Below the pieces are notes generated by a model that did no database searches, was not told the DNA's origin, and saw only the letters and a program-made list of their open reading frames with translations. Positions 52,533-63,050 of a stretch of DNA of 64,000 bases are shown here, in pieces. Position 1 is the stretch's first letter. Each line of letters begins with the position of its first letter. Both the position numbers and the translations under genes were made by a program. Source of the DNA: Acidimicrobiales bacterium (lineage in GTDB: Bacteria > Actinomycetota > Acidimicrobiia > Acidimicrobiales > MedAcidi-G1); contig JAERSW010000042.1 of NCBI GenBank assembly GCA_016845305.1, positions 17,923-81,922 on the forward strand, read 5' to 3'.

Positions 52533-54454
52533 GATGCCGCCCCTCCGTGGGCCCGGACGCCGCGCAGCACGACCTCACCGGCCCGGATGCACCGGACCGA
52601 CGAGGCCCCGACCGTCTGCAGGGGCACCGGGCCGACCCGACAGGCGTCTCCGGCATGGGCGCACCGATCGGCGAAATGACAGTGGTCGGGCCACTCCCAG
52701 GGCGGCGGGACGACCCCCGGGATGGTCGGGAGCTCGCCCGACCGGGCCTCGTTGCGGGGAATGGCCCGGATGAGTCCCTCGGTGTAGGGGTGCTGCGGGT
52801 CGGCGAACACCTCGGTCAGCCGACCGGTCTCCACGATCTCTCCGGCGTACATGACGGCCACCCGGTCGGCCAGGTCGGCGACCACCCCGAGGTCGTGGGT
52901 GATGAGCAGGACCGAGACCCCGAGGTCCCGGCTGAGGTCGCCCACCAGGTCCAGGATCTGGCCCTGGACGGTCACGTCCAGGGCGGTGGTCGGCTCGTCG
53001 GCGATCAGGAGCTTCGGTTCACAGGCCAGGGCCATGGCGATGACCACCCGCTGGGCCATCCCGCCGGAGAACTGGTGGGGATAGGCGTCGATCCGGCGAC
53101 CCGGATCGGGGATCCCGACCAACTCCATCAACTCCACGACCCGGGCCCGGGCCTGGCGGCGACCCATGCCCAGGTGCACCTCGAGGGGCTCGGCCACCTG
53201 GCGGCCCACCGTGTAGGCCGGGTTCAGCGCGGCGGACGGCTCCTGGAAGATCACCCCGATCTCGTGCCCCCGGATCCGGCGGAGCTCGTCGAAGTCCAGC
53301 CCCACCAGCTCGCGCCCGTCGAGGCCGATCGACGCCGCCGAGGCCAGCCCCGGATCGGGCACCAGCCCCATGATCGACATGGCGGTGATGGACTTCCCGG
53401 ATCCCGACTCGCCGACGAGGGCCATCACCTCTCCCCGACCGATGTCCAGGTCCACGCCGGAGACCACCGAGACGTCCTCGGTCTCGCCGGGCCGCGGGAA
53501 CCGGACGGACAGGTTCCGGATGGTGAGCAGTGCATCGTCCGACGGGGGGACCGGGTCCGACCCGGGATCCACGGCCTCGACGTCGCCGACCCCGACCCGA
53601 CCGCCACGGGCCTCCCGGGCGAAGGCGTCCCGCAGCCCGTCGCCGAACACGTTGAAGGCGATGACGGTCAGGAACACGGCGATCCCCGGGGGGACGGCCG
53701 GCCAGAAGCTCTGGTCGATCGAGTCCTGGGCGTCGCGCAACATCCGCCCCCAACTGGCCTGGTGCGCGCTGGCCCCGATGCCCAGGAAGCTGAGGGCCGC
53801 CTCGGCCAGCACCGCCTGGGCGAACAGGAGCGTGGTCTGGACGATGAGGGGCGGCGCGATGTTCGGGAGGATGTGCTTCCACATGATCCGGCGATCGGTG
53901 GCGCCGGCGGCCCGGGCGCCATCGACGTAGAGCTCCTCGCGGGCCGCGAACACCTCGGCCCGGGTGAGGCGGGTGATGATCATCGAGTACACGACGCCGA
54001 TGGCGAACATGGCCGTGGTCAGGCCGGTCCCGACCGCGGCGATGATGGCCATGGCCATGACCACGGCGGGCACGGCCACCACGGTCTCCACGAAGCGCAT
54101 GACGATGCGGTCCACCCACCCGCGGAAGTAGCCGATGACCAGGCCGAGGGGGACCCCGACGACCAGGGCGATGAGCACCGCCTCGGCGCCGGCGAACAGG
54201 GCGTACCGGGCGCCGTAGAGCAGTCGGGTGAAGATGTCCCGACCGACCAGGTCCGTCCCGAGGAGGTACTCCCCGAACGGAGGGAAGAGGAAGTCCTGGA
54301 AGCGGGTGGCCACGTTGGGATCGTGCGGGGTGAGGAAGCGAGCGCCCGCCGCCACCAGGACCAGCACGACCAGGTACCCGCCCCCGACCAGCGAGACCCG
54401 GTTCCTGAGGAACCGCGACCAGAAGCGGCTCCGCGCCGACTGGTGGGCGCTCAT
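52529..54454 (-). CDS. fused ABC permease (DppC type) and ATP-binding protein (DppD type)
   Basis: ATG 54452-54454 overlaps the upstream stop (ATGA). The N-terminal roughly 300 aa is a permease (...[23 protein letters not shown]...). The C-terminal half has [26 protein letters not shown] and [11 protein letters not shown]. Confidence 0.88.
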   Translation of the reverse strand: MSAHQSARSRFWSRFLRNRVSLVGGGYLVVLVLVAAGARFLTPHDPNVATRFQDFLFPPFGEYLLGTDLVGRDIFTRLLYGARYALFAGAEAVLIALVVGVPLGLVIGYFRGWVDRIVMRFVETVVAVPAVVMAMAIIAAVGTGLTTAMFAIGVVYSMIITRLTRAEVFAAREELYVDGARAAGATDRRIMWKHILPNIAPPLIVQTTLLFAQAVLAEAALSFLGIGASAHQASWGRMLRDAQDSIDQSFWPAVPPGIAVFLTVIAFNVFGDGLRDAFAREARGGRVGVGDVEAVDPGSDPVPPSDDALLTIRNLSVRFPRPGETEDVSVVSGVDLDIGRGEVMALVGESGSGKSITAMSIMGLVPDPGLASAASIGLDGRELVGLDFDELRRIRGHEIGVIFQEPSAALNPAYTVGRQVAEPLEVHLGMGRRQARARVVELMELVGIPDPGRRIDAYPHQFSGGMAQRVVIAMALACEPKLLIADEPTTALDVTVQGQILDLVGDLSRDLGVSVLLITHDLGVVADLADRVAVMYAGEIVETGRLTEVFADPQHPYTEGLIRAIPRNEARSGELPTIPGVVPPPWEWPDHCHFADRCAHAGDACRVGPVPLQTVGASSVRCIRAGEVVLRGVRAHGGAAS

Positions 54455-55380
54455 CCGGGCCGCACCTTCGGATTGAGCCACGCATAGGCCAGGTCGAGGA
54501 CGATGTTCACCATGACGACCACGAACGTGGTGACCATCACGAAGGCCAGGATGATCGGCGTGTTCTTCCGCAACACGGCATCCACGCCGAGGCTGCCCAG
54601 GCCGGGCACGTTGAACACCGATTCGACGAAGATGGCGCCACCGATGAGGGCCGAGGTCTGGAAGCCGGCCAGCGAGACAATGGGAATCGCCGCGTTGCGC
54701 AGGGCGTGGCGCCGGATGACCCGCCGGACGGGGAGTCCCTTGGCCAGGGCGGTCCGGATGTAGTCCTTCTGGAGGACGGCGATCATCGACGACCGGGACT
54801 GCCGGGCGATGGCCGCGGCGGCCGACAGGCCGAGGGCGATGCACGGGAGTACCAGCGAGTGGAGCCACCCGCCGATCGTCTCGGTCCGGGTGTTGGACCA
54901 GATGGCGGGGAACCACCGGACCTGGACGGACAGGAAGTAGGCCAGCAGGATGGCCGCCCAGAAGTTGGGGATGGCCATGCCGAACGAGGACACCACGGTC
55001 ACGATCCGGTCCGGAAGCCGTCCGGCCTTCAGGGCAGCCAGGATTCCCAGACCGACCCCGGAGACCAGGGCGATGGCCAGGGCACCGAAGACCAGGGTCA
55101 GCGTCACCGGGGCCCGGTCGCCGAACATGGTCAGGACCGACTCACCGGTGAACCAGTCGGTCCCCAGGTCGAAGCGCACCACGTCGGTGAGCCAGTCGCC
55201 GTACTGCACGAGCAGCGACCGATCCAGGCCCAGTTCAGCGCGCTTCTCGGCGATCGACGCCAGGGAGGCATCCTCTCCCAGCAGGGCCGCTGCCGGATCC
55301 ACCGGGTTGAACTGGATGAGGAAGAACACCAGCGTTCCGGTGAGGAACATGAGCGGAATGGCGGCGAGCAGTCGGCTCAC
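54451..55380 (-). CDS. ABC transporter permease (DppB type)
   Basis: 309 aa: ...DYIRTALAKGLPVRRVIRRHALRNAAIP... (EAA loop). Confidence 0.92.
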   Translation of the reverse strand: MSRLLAAIPLMFLTGTLVFFLIQFNPVDPAAALLGEDASLASIAEKRAELGLDRSLLVQYGDWLTDVVRFDLGTDWFTGESVLTMFGDRAPVTLTLVFGALAIALVSGVGLGILAALKAGRLPDRIVTVVSSFGMAIPNFWAAILLAYFLSVQVRWFPAIWSNTRTETIGGWLHSLVLPCIALGLSAAAAIARQSRSSMIAVLQKDYIRTALAKGLPVRRVIRRHALRNAAIPIVSLAGFQTSALIGGAIFVESVFNVPGLGSLGVDAVLRKNTPIILAFVMVTTFVVVMVNIVLDLAYAWLNPKVRPG

Positions 55381-55498
55381 CAGGAGGCGTAGCAGGACAC
55401 CTTCTCCTTCAGGCTCCGTCGGGCCGGGGTGATCGGGCGAGCGATGGGCGGGGACGCAGCAGCGTCCCCGCCCATCATCTCACCGGAGGGGTCCGGTC

Positions 55499-57250
55499 TC
55501 AGCCGAAGCGCACGCCGTACGGCATGGCGGCCTGCATGTTCAGGCCCAGCACCACGCCGGTCAGGTTGGGCGTGTGCACGTTGTTCTGTGCACCGTGGGC
55601 CAGCGGGATGATGACCCCCCGCTCGACCAGCTGGGCGGCGATCTCGGCATAGATGGCCGAGGACTTCGCCGAGTCGGTCTCGTTGGCCGCCTCGGTCATC
55701 ATCACGTCCAGGTCGGCCAGGTCGTCCAGGCCGAACGGGTTGAACGCCCCGGTCGGGCTGATGAACTTGCCGAAGTCACGGGCCGGGTGGACCAGCAGGT
55801 CGCGCATCCAGGTCATGCCCCAGTCGCCCTTGCGGGTCCGTGGGCCGAGCTCACCGTTGTTGATCTGGATCTGCTCGACCGTGATGCCACTGGCCGCCAG
55901 CATCTGGTTGACCATCTCGACGTGCGGGTTGATGACCGGCATGATCGGCGCACTGATGGTGATGCCGTCCGGGTACCCCGCCTCGGCCAGCAGTTCCCTG
56001 GCCTTGTCCGGGTCGTAGGGATAGGCGTCGTCCAGGGCCGCAACGTGGAACTGGCTGAACGCCCGGGGGTAGATGCCGCCGAACGAGTCGCCCTTCCCGG
56101 CGTGGATGGCCGCGTTGTAGGCCTCCCGGTCGATCGAGTACAGGATGGCCTGGCGGACCCGTACGTCGGCCAACGGCTCGTCGAACGCTCCGTCCCGCCC
56201 GGTGATCATCAGGTACGGGAAGTAGTTCGGCACCTTGACGTGAACATTGCCCGGTTCGAGCGCCCCGTCCAGCTGCGCATCGCGCACGGTCGACATGATG
56301 TCGGCCTCGCCGGTGAGCAGGGCGTTGAGGCGGGCCACGTTGTCCTTGGCGGCGGTGACGGTGACCGTCTCCACGCCCTGGTCGGCCGGGTTCCAGTAGC
56401 TCGGGTTGAGGTGGAACACCTCGGTGACGCCGGCCTGGGAGTCCGCATCGGACCAGATCCACGGACCGGAGCCCTGCGGGTCACGGGAGATGTCGGTGCC
56501 GTCGAGCGCGTTGGGGCTGATCATCATGCCCATGACCATCGACATCTCGAGCGGGAACTGCGGTGCCGGGACCGAGAAGTGGACCTGGAAGGTGTCGTCG
56601 TCCACGAGGGTCACGTCGGTCACCGCCGCCCAGGTTCCCTTGTTCGGGTTCCCCTCGAAGCCCTTGTGGTACAGCAGGCTGTCCACGGCCGCCTGGGCGT
56701 CGAAGGTCGCACCGTCGTGGAACACCACGTCGTCGCGGACGTCGAACTCCCAGATCGTCGCCTCGGGCTGGCTCCACGAGGTGGCCAGCGACGGAGCGAG
56801 CGTCAGGTCGGCACGCTGCCGGGTCAGGGTGTCGTACACCGGGTAGAGGTAGGCGCTCTGGGCAGACTGGGCACCGGCCGGGTTGAAGGTGGTCACCGCC
56901 GAGAACTCGACGAATCGGAGCGTTCCCGCCGGAGCCGGGATCGCCTCGGTGGTCGTGGTGGCCGGGGCCTCCTCCTCGGCGGCCTCTTCCTCGGCGGCCT
57001 CTTCCTCAGCTGGGGCCTCCTCGGCCTCCTCCTCGGCAGGAGCCTCCTCCTCCTCGGGAGCCACCGTGTGCTCCGGGATGGTCACCGCGGCGGTCGTGGC
57101 CGGTGCCGCCGTGGTGGCCGGAGCGGCGGTGGTCGCCGTGGCCTCCTCGGCAGGTGCCGCCGCACCACCGTCGTCATCCGAGCCGCAGGCCGCGGCCAGC
57201 AGGCTGAGTGTCAGGAGGGCGGCCAACAACCGCCCGCTCCGTCGGAACAT
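55499..57250 (-). CDS. ABC transporter substrate-binding lipoprotein, family 5
   Basis: ATG (cat 57248-57250): MFRRSGRLLAALLTLSLLAAACGSDDDG (lipobox), a Glu/Ala-rich linker (EEEAPAEEEAEEAPAEEEAAEEE), then a family-5 SBP body. Confidence 0.9.
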   Translation of the reverse strand: MFRRSGRLLAALLTLSLLAAACGSDDDGGAAAPAEEATATTAAPATTAAPATTAAVTIPEHTVAPEEEEAPAEEEAEEAPAEEEAAEEEAAEEEAPATTTTEAIPAPAGTLRFVEFSAVTTFNPAGAQSAQSAYLYPVYDTLTRQRADLTLAPSLATSWSQPEATIWEFDVRDDVVFHDGATFDAQAAVDSLLYHKGFEGNPNKGTWAAVTDVTLVDDDTFQVHFSVPAPQFPLEMSMVMGMMISPNALDGTDISRDPQGSGPWIWSDADSQAGVTEVFHLNPSYWNPADQGVETVTVTAAKDNVARLNALLTGEADIMSTVRDAQLDGALEPGNVHVKVPNYFPYLMITGRDGAFDEPLADVRVRQAILYSIDREAYNAAIHAGKGDSFGGIYPRAFSQFHVAALDDAYPYDPDKARELLAEAGYPDGITISAPIMPVINPHVEMVNQMLAASGITVEQIQINNGELGPRTRKGDWGMTWMRDLLVHPARDFGKFISPTGAFNPFGLDDLADLDVMMTEAANETDSAKSSAIYAEIAAQLVERGVIIPLAHGAQNNVHTPNLTGVVLGLNMQAAMPYGVRFG

Positions 57251-57318
57251 CTTTTCCCCTCTCACGACCCGTCGCCAGGCCACTCGGTGGTCGACCGCGG
57301 GGATCGACCTCGTCGGCA

Positions 57319-57360
57319 GGTTAGCCAACTGGCCAAGAAGTATTAGCCACTTGGCCCATC
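57319..57360. promoter_or_regulatory. two adjacent degenerate copies of the palindromic operator (b1 GGTTAGCCAACTGGCCAAGA; b2 TATTAGCCACTTGGCCCATC)
   Basis: Lies in the divergent region between the SBP/ABC operon (start 57250) and the acyl-CoA dehydrogenase (start 57444). Confidence 0.55.
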
Positions 57361-57415
57361 CTGTCAACTCCCGGGCACGGATTCCCGGGAGCCCGACGGA
57401 CGATGGGTTGGCAGG

Positions 57416-57435
57416 GGTTGGCCAATCGGCTAATA
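57416..57435. promoter_or_regulatory. palindromic operator, copy c (GGTTGGCCAATCGGCTAATA)
   Basis: Ends 8 nt before the acyl-CoA dehydrogenase ATG (57444). The TAATAC inside it could serve as the -10 of a leaderless transcript. Confidence 0.65.
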
Positions 57436-57443
57436 CTGGCCCC

Positions 57444-58673
57444 ATGGTTCCTGACCCCATGGTCGAGCCCACCGCCCACGGGGACGTCCCGTCGATCGAG
57501 GCGTTCCGCGCCGAGGTCCGTGCCTTCCTCCGGGAGTACGACGCCCGCCCGGCCACCCCGGGGCGCTCCCGCCGGGACCGGACCAGGGCCTTCCTGGCCG
57601 CCCGCTACGACGCCGGCCTCGGGGCACTCGACTACCCGGTGGCCGACGGTGGCCGGGGCCTGGACCGGCACCACGTCGACGTCTATCGCACCGAGGCCGC
57701 CCACCGGACCGCCGACGACGGCGGCTCGGGCTTCGGCATCGGGCTGGACATGTGCCTGCCGACCATCCGGGACCACGGGAGCCCCGACCTCCGTCGACGC
57801 TTCCTGGCCCCCGGGCTACGTGGCGACGAGCACTGGTGCCAGCTCTACAGCGAGCCCGGCGCCGGCTCGGACCTGGCCGGACTGACCACCCGGGCGGTCC
57901 TCGACGGCGACGAGTGGGTGGTCACCGGGCAGAAGGTCTGGACCTCGGGTGCCGAACACGCCGACTTCGGCATCCTGCTGGCCCGCACCGACTGGGACGT
58001 CCCCAAGCACGCCGGCGTGTCCATGCTGGTGCTCCCCATGGACCAGCCGGGCGTCGAAGTCCGGGCCCTCCGCCAGATGACCGACGTAGCCCACTTCAAC
58101 GAGGTCTTCATCGACGAGGCCCGGGTCCCCGCGGACTGGGTCGTCGGCGAACCGGGCGACGGCTGGCGTATGGCCGTGGCCCTCCTGGCCCACGAGCGGT
58201 CCTCGATCGGCAAGGGCGGTGGCCGCCAACCGGTCCCCGTCGATCGGCTCGTGGACCTGGCCCGTGCCACCGGACGGGCCGACGACCCGGTGGTCCGCCA
58301 GGACCTGGCCCGACTGGCCACCGGGGCGAGGATCATCGAGTGGCTGAACCTCCGGTCGGGCATCCACCCGTCGGTCACCAAGCTCTGGCGGACCCGGCAG
58401 GGACGCGACGCCGCCGACGTGACCGCCCGCCTGGCCTACCCGGGCGGTGTCGCCTGGGAGGGGCCCCGAATGGGCACCACCGAACCGGGCCACTACGCCG
58501 ATCCCGACGGCTCCCACTGGGCCTACGGGATCTGCGACGCACGTGCCCTCTCGCTGGGTGGCGGGACCGACGAGGTCCAACGCAACACCCTCGGCGAGCG
58601 GGTCCTGGGCCTACCCCGGGAGCCGGCCTCCGACCGGGACGTCCCGTTCAGCCAGGTTCCGAGGAACGCCTGA
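57444..58673 (+). CDS. acyl-CoA dehydrogenase family protein
   Basis: MVPDPMVEPTAHGDVPSIEAFRAEVRAFL...WCQLYSEPGAGSDLAGLTTRA...GQKVWTSGA...GGGTDEVQRNTLGERVLGLP. Confidence 0.9.
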   Translation: MVPDPMVEPTAHGDVPSIEAFRAEVRAFLREYDARPATPGRSRRDRTRAFLAARYDAGLGALDYPVADGGRGLDRHHVDVYRTEAAHRTADDGGSGFGIGLDMCLPTIRDHGSPDLRRRFLAPGLRGDEHWCQLYSEPGAGSDLAGLTTRAVLDGDEWVVTGQKVWTSGAEHADFGILLARTDWDVPKHAGVSMLVLPMDQPGVEVRALRQMTDVAHFNEVFIDEARVPADWVVGEPGDGWRMAVALLAHERSSIGKGGGRQPVPVDRLVDLARATGRADDPVVRQDLARLATGARIIEWLNLRSGIHPSVTKLWRTRQGRDAADVTARLAYPGGVAWEGPRMGTTEPGHYADPDGSHWAYGICDARALSLGGGTDEVQRNTLGERVLGLPREPASDRDVPFSQVPRNA

Positions 58674-59280
58674 ACGACTCCCGTTCGCCCCGGGCCGCCC
58701 TCCCGGGGTCCAGGCCCAGGGACAGGGCCCGCAGGATCAGCACCAGCCGCTCCTCGACCCGCTCGCCCATGTCCGGGACCCCACCGTCGCGCTCCACCCA
58801 GGGGTCCACCGTGGAGGCGAACAGGCAACGGGCCAGGTGGAACACCGTGGCGATGCCCACGTCGACCCGGACCTCGGTCTCGTCGTCGTCGATCCGCGCC
58901 TCGAGGGCATGGCCGACGGCCACGTCCAGCGTGGGATGGGCGACGTGGGTCCGGTCGGCCTCGCCGGACAACGACGCGTAGGCCAGGGCCCGCACGAAGT
59001 CGGGCCACCGCCGCAGGGAGAAGGGGGCCACCCGGGGGGAGTCGTCCAGCCCCTCGCCTGCTGCGTACTCGGCGGTGAGCCGGGCGAACCCCTCGCGCAG
59101 GACGGCGTCCTTGCCCCCGAAGTAGTGGTGGACCAGCCCGTAGTTCACCCCGGCCTCCTCGGCCAGGCGTCGACCGGAGATCCGTTCGGGTGGGGCACCG
59201 CCGAGGAGCCGGGCTGCCGCGGCCACCAGCGCCTCGCGGACCGCCTCGGCACCCCGGGGCCGGACCGACCCCCCGGTCAC
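58648..59280 (-). CDS. TetR-family transcriptional regulator (paralog 1)
   Basis: GTG 59278-59280 overlaps the upstream stop. ...ISGRRLAEEAGVNYGLVHHYFGGKDAVL... (HTH). Confidence 0.85.
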   Translation of the reverse strand: MTGGSVRPRGAEAVREALVAAAARLLGGAPPERISGRRLAEEAGVNYGLVHHYFGGKDAVLREGFARLTAEYAAGEGLDDSPRVAPFSLRRWPDFVRALAYASLSGEADRTHVAHPTLDVAVGHALEARIDDDETEVRVDVGIATVFHLARCLFASTVDPWVERDGGVPDMGERVEERLVLILRALSLGLDPGRAARGERESFRRSSEPG

Positions 59281-59906
59281 CGGTCGACCTCGAGTCCGAC
59301 CGACCGGTACAGGGACCGGAGGACGGCGAGGAACCGCTGCTGGATCATCGCCCCGTCGACCTCCGGATCGAGGCCCAGCCCCCGGGCGTTGTGCTCGACG
59401 AACACCGGCCATCCCAGCTGGAGCAGCACGATGGCTGCCACGGTCGCCCGGTGGTGGACGGGGTCGCCGTCGGAGTGGGCCTCGTCGGCCAACCGGAGCA
59501 TGGCATCGAGCACCGGGCGGGAGGCGTCCTCGTCGTCGTAGCCACCCTCGAGGGCCACGTGGGCGGCGAAGCCGAAGATCTCCCGGTCCGAGATGGCCTG
59601 CTCGACCGGGATGGGTCGGGTCCCTCCGGCCATCGCCTCGTCGACCAGCCGGCTCCCGTGCCGGCCGCGGGCCTCGGTCAGGAGGTCGCGGGAGGTCTCG
59701 AAGTAGTAGTGGACGAGCCCGTAGTTGACCCCGGCCTCCTCGGCCACCTCCCGACCGGTGACCGTCGACGGCGGCCGCTCGGCCATCAGCCGGATGGCGG
59801 CGTCCAGCAGGGCGGTGCGCGAGGAGACCTCCAACCCCTCTGGCGACCCCCCTGGGGCCCCGTCGTGGGACCCGCCGCGGGACCCGGCGCCCGGTCGGGC
59901 CATCAA
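59277..59906 (-). CDS. TetR-family transcriptional regulator (paralog 2)
   Basis: ...VTGREVAEEAGVNYGLVHYYFETSRDLL... (HTH). Overlaps the upstream enoyl-CoA hydratase stop. Confidence 0.85.
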   Translation of the reverse strand: MMARPGAGSRGGSHDGAPGGSPEGLEVSSRTALLDAAIRLMAERPPSTVTGREVAEEAGVNYGLVHYYFETSRDLLTEARGRHGSRLVDEAMAGGTRPIPVEQAISDREIFGFAAHVALEGGYDDEDASRPVLDAMLRLADEAHSDGDPVHHRATVAAIVLLQLGWPVFVEHNARGLGLDPEVDGAMIQQRFLAVLRSLYRSVGLEVDR

Positions 59907-60697
59907 GCCCTCCCTGGTCGGAGGCGACCACCGGCCGCAAGCAGCGCGGCACCCCGGCCGATCCGGTCGACGCCGCCCACCTCCGGGGCGACCATCGCCG
60001 CGGCGTGGGCCTTCATGGTGCGACCGGCTCCGGTGGGGAAGCCGGCCAGCTCGCGGGCCAGGTTCCGGGCCGATGCCAGGACCTCGTCGTCGGGCACCAC
60101 GTCGAGGGCGATCCCCAGGCGCTGGAGTTCCGGGCCGGTGAACCGACGACCGGTGAGGGTCAGCTGGTGGGCCACCAAGAGGGGGTGGCGTTCCAGCAAC
60201 CAGGCCAGGTTCATGGCCGCCGGCATGCCCTGGCGCACCTCGCCGACCTGGAGGAACGCCTCGCGGCCCACCACCAGCAGGTCACAGGCCAGGGCGAAGG
60301 CCGCCCCGCCGTTGATGGCGAACCGCTCGAGCGCGCCGACCACCGGGACCGGACAGTCGGCGATGGCCCGGTGGGCCGAGACGAGGGAGGCCGAGGCGGT
60401 GGGCAGCCAGTCCGGTGGCGGTTCGGCTCCGTACTCCTTGAGGTCCAACCCAGAGCAGAACCCACCCCCCGCACCGTGCAGGAGGACCACCCCGACGTCG
60501 TCGAGGTCGGCGACCGTGGTGAAGGCGGCGGCCAGGGCGTCCGACAGGGGACCGATCAGGGCGTTCTTCCGCTCCGGGCGGTTCAGGACGATGGTGGCCA
60601 GGCCGTCGACCACCTCGAGGAGGACCAACTCGCTGGGGGTCTGGATGCTGGAAGACGGGTCGCCATCGGTCTGGTCGGGGGCCTCGGGATGGGTCAT
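59903..60697 (-). CDS. enoyl-CoA hydratase/isomerase family
   Basis: IVLNRPERKNAL...VVLLHGAGGGFCSGLDLK...INGGAAFALACD. Confidence 0.88.
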   Translation of the reverse strand: MTHPEAPDQTDGDPSSSIQTPSELVLLEVVDGLATIVLNRPERKNALIGPLSDALAAAFTTVADLDDVGVVLLHGAGGGFCSGLDLKEYGAEPPPDWLPTASASLVSAHRAIADCPVPVVGALERFAINGGAAFALACDLLVVGREAFLQVGEVRQGMPAAMNLAWLLERHPLLVAHQLTLTGRRFTGPELQRLGIALDVVPDDEVLASARNLARELAGFPTGAGRTMKAHAAAMVAPEVGGVDRIGRGAALLAAGGRLRPGRA

Positions 60698-60740
60698 GAT
60701 GTCCCCGATCGGTCGGACGGAGGTGGCGGGTGCCGTGGGA

Positions 60741-60760
60741 GGTTAGCCAAATGGCTAACC
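60741..60760. promoter_or_regulatory. palindromic operator, copy d (GGTTAGCCAAATGGCTAACC, perfect 9+2+9 palindrome)
   Basis: Lies between the echA-tetR-tetR operon (start 60697) and the acyl-CoA dehydrogenase (start 60792). Confidence 0.75.
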
Positions 60761-60791
60761 TCGGGCAAGCGACCTCCCGGAGCACCCCGCC

Positions 60792-61955
60792 TTGACCTCT
60801 CCCGACATCCTCGACCTGGACTTCGACGCCCACCTCGACGTGGTCCGGCGCCTCACCGACGAGGAGTTGATCCCCGGCGAAGCCGAGATGACCGATCTGG
60901 GCGAGGTCCCGCCCCGACTGGTCGAACGCCTCGTCGCATGCGGGCTGTTCGGCATCACCCTCCCCCGGTCATGGGGCGGCCTCGGGTGGACCATGGAACA
61001 GCAGGTCCGCCTGACCTTCGAGTTCACCCGGGCGTCGCCCGTCTACCGCTCGCGGTTCTCGACCACCATCGGCCTGTGCTCCCAGATCCTCCTCGACCAC
61101 GGCACCGACGAGCAGCGGGACCGGTACCTACCGGACATGGCCACCGGCCGGTGCGTGACGTCGTTCGCCCTGACCGAGCCCGGTGCGGGGTCCGATGCCA
61201 CCGCGGTGGCCACCACGGCGGTCCGGGACGGCGAGCAGTACGTCATCGACGGCCACAAGCGCTTCATCACCAACGGCGCCTGGGCCGACCTGCTCATCGT
61301 GTTCGCCCGGACCGGGGAGGGCTTCTCGGCCATCCTCGTCCCAGCCGACACCGAGGGCGTGACGGCCACGCTCCCCACCCGGATGAACGGCCACGAGGCG
61401 GGCCCGGTGGCCGAGCTCTCCTTCACCGACGCCCGCGTCCCGACGGCCAACCTCATCGGCGACGAGGGTGCGGGCCTGACCCTGGCCCTCCGGGGGATCA
61501 ACCACGCCCGCACGCACGTGGCGGCCACCGCGGTGGGCTCTGCCACCCGCCTGCTCGGCGAGGCCGCCGAGCACGCCCGGACCCGCCACCAGTTCGGCCG
61601 ACCCATCGCCGAGTTCGGCGTCATCGAGGCCATGCTCGGTCGGAGCCGAGCCGAGCTCGAGGCAGCCCGAGCCCTCGTCCTGGACTGCGCCAGGGCCTGG
61701 GACGCCGGGAGCATCCCGTGGACGAGGATCGCCGCGGCCAAGCTGGTGGCCACCGAGACGGCCAACCGGATCGCCGACCGGGCCGTCCAGGTCCTGGGCG
61801 GTGACGGCATCGTCGGCGACCACCCGGTGGGGCGCCTGTGGCGCGACGTCCGGGCGCTCTCGATCTACGAGGGCACCACCCAGATCCACGAACGGAACCT
61901 GGCCCGCCACCTCCTCAAGACGGTGGGAGACGGACACCCGGTCTTCGACGACTGA
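60792..61955 (+). CDS. acyl-CoA dehydrogenase
   Basis: TTG start. ...FALTEPGAGSDA...GHKRFITNG...IYEGTTQIHERNLARHLL. Confidence 0.92.
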   Translation: MTSPDILDLDFDAHLDVVRRLTDEELIPGEAEMTDLGEVPPRLVERLVACGLFGITLPRSWGGLGWTMEQQVRLTFEFTRASPVYRSRFSTTIGLCSQILLDHGTDEQRDRYLPDMATGRCVTSFALTEPGAGSDATAVATTAVRDGEQYVIDGHKRFITNGAWADLLIVFARTGEGFSAILVPADTEGVTATLPTRMNGHEAGPVAELSFTDARVPTANLIGDEGAGLTLALRGINHARTHVAATAVGSATRLLGEAAEHARTRHQFGRPIAEFGVIEAMLGRSRAELEAARALVLDCARAWDAGSIPWTRIAAAKLVATETANRIADRAVQVLGGDGIVGDHPVGRLWRDVRALSIYEGTTQIHERNLARHLLKTVGDGHPVFDD

Positions 61956-61970
61956 CCGACCGGGATCCGA

Positions 61971-63050
61971 TCAGTCGGAGACCCGGCCCAGCACCTGCTC
62001 AGCCTCGGCCACCAGCCGGTCGATGATGGTGGCCACCGGCTCCTGGTCGGTGAGGTGGACCACGCCCTGCCCGGCACCCTCGTGCACCAGGGGTGCGACC
62101 TCGTGGCGCATCACCTGGCCCAGGAGGTCGCCGATGAGGATGTCCTGGTGGGGCATCTTCAGCGGCTCCGGCGCACCCTCGGCCGACCACTCGTCACTCC
62201 ACGACGACCGCAGCATCCGGAAGGTCTTGCCGCTCACCGACCGGCTGATGACGGTGTCGGTCACGCCGGCGGCCAGCAGCTTGTCGAGCAGCACCGGCGA
62301 CGGGGCCGCCTCCTCGGACGCCAGCAGCGCCGTGCCGATCCAGACGCCGTCGGCGCCGAGGGCCATCGCCGCGGCCAGGTGGCGGCCCGTGGCCACCCCA
62401 CCGGCGGCCAGCACCGGGCGACCGCCGGCCGCCTCGACCACCAGCGGGACCAGGGTGAAGGTCCCGATGGGCCCGGTGTGCCCGCCCGAGTCGGTGCCCT
62501 GGGCGACGAGGATGTCGGCGCCGGCCCGGATGGCCGTCTCGGCGTGCGCCGGGCGACCCACGAGGCTCACGATCATCGAGCCCTGCTCGTGGGCCTGCTC
62601 GACGGCCCACGTCGGCGAGCCCACGCCGAGGGCCAGCAGGGGGATCCGGTGGTCCATGACCACCGCCAGCTGGTCGCGGGCCGTCTCCTCGCTGCGGACG
62701 AAGCGGGACCGCATGCCCGGAAGGCCGTCGTCGGGCACCTCGTAGCGGTGGCGCATCCGCTCCACGAAGGCCACGTGGGCCTCCGGCAGCGTCGACTCGA
62801 TGGCCGACCGGTCGTCGGTCTCGGGCATGCCGGCGGGGATCACCAGGTCGACGCCCCACGGCAGGTCGCCGAGGGCAGCCTTCATCCGGCTGATCCCCTC
62901 CTCGATCTCCTCGGGCGTGCGCCGGGTACAGCCCCAGATGCCCACGCCCCCGGCCCGCGAGGCGGCGATGGCCACCTCGGGGTCCATGCCGAAGCCGAAG
63001 ATCGGCCGCTCGGCGCCCAGGAGGTCGCGGATGCGGGCTCCCATCGCCAT
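61971..63050 (-). CDS. nitronate monooxygenase (NMO/2-nitropropane dioxygenase-like FMN enzyme)
   Basis: ATG (cat 63048-63050): MAMGARIRDLLGAERPIFGFGM...ILVAQGTDSGGHTG...PVLAAGGVATGRHLAAAMALGADGVWIGT. Confidence 0.88.
   Translation of the reverse strand: MAMGARIRDLLGAERPIFGFGMDPEVAIAASRAGGVGIWGCTRRTPEEIEEGISRMKAALGDLPWGVDLVIPAGMPETDDRSAIESTLPEAHVAFVERMRHRYEVPDDGLPGMRSRFVRSEETARDQLAVVMDHRIPLLALGVGSPTWAVEQAHEQGSMIVSLVGRPAHAETAIRAGADILVAQGTDSGGHTGPIGTFTLVPLVVEAAGGRPVLAAGGVATGRHLAAAMALGADGVWIGTALLASEEAAPSPVLLDKLLAAGVTDTVISRSVSGKTFRMLRSSWSDEWSAEGAPEPLKMPHQDILIGDLLGQVMRHEVAPLVHEGAGQGVVHLTDQEPVATIIDRLVAEAEQVLGRVSD

Noticed and set aside
57368-57391. Hairpin CTCCCGGG-(8 nt)-CCCGGGAG between operator copies b2 and c.
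   Set aside because: It is real as sequence, but I cannot assign it a role such as a 5'-UTR element or a binding site for another factor. CCCGGG palindromes are common at this GC content. It is kept only as a note under the operator finding.
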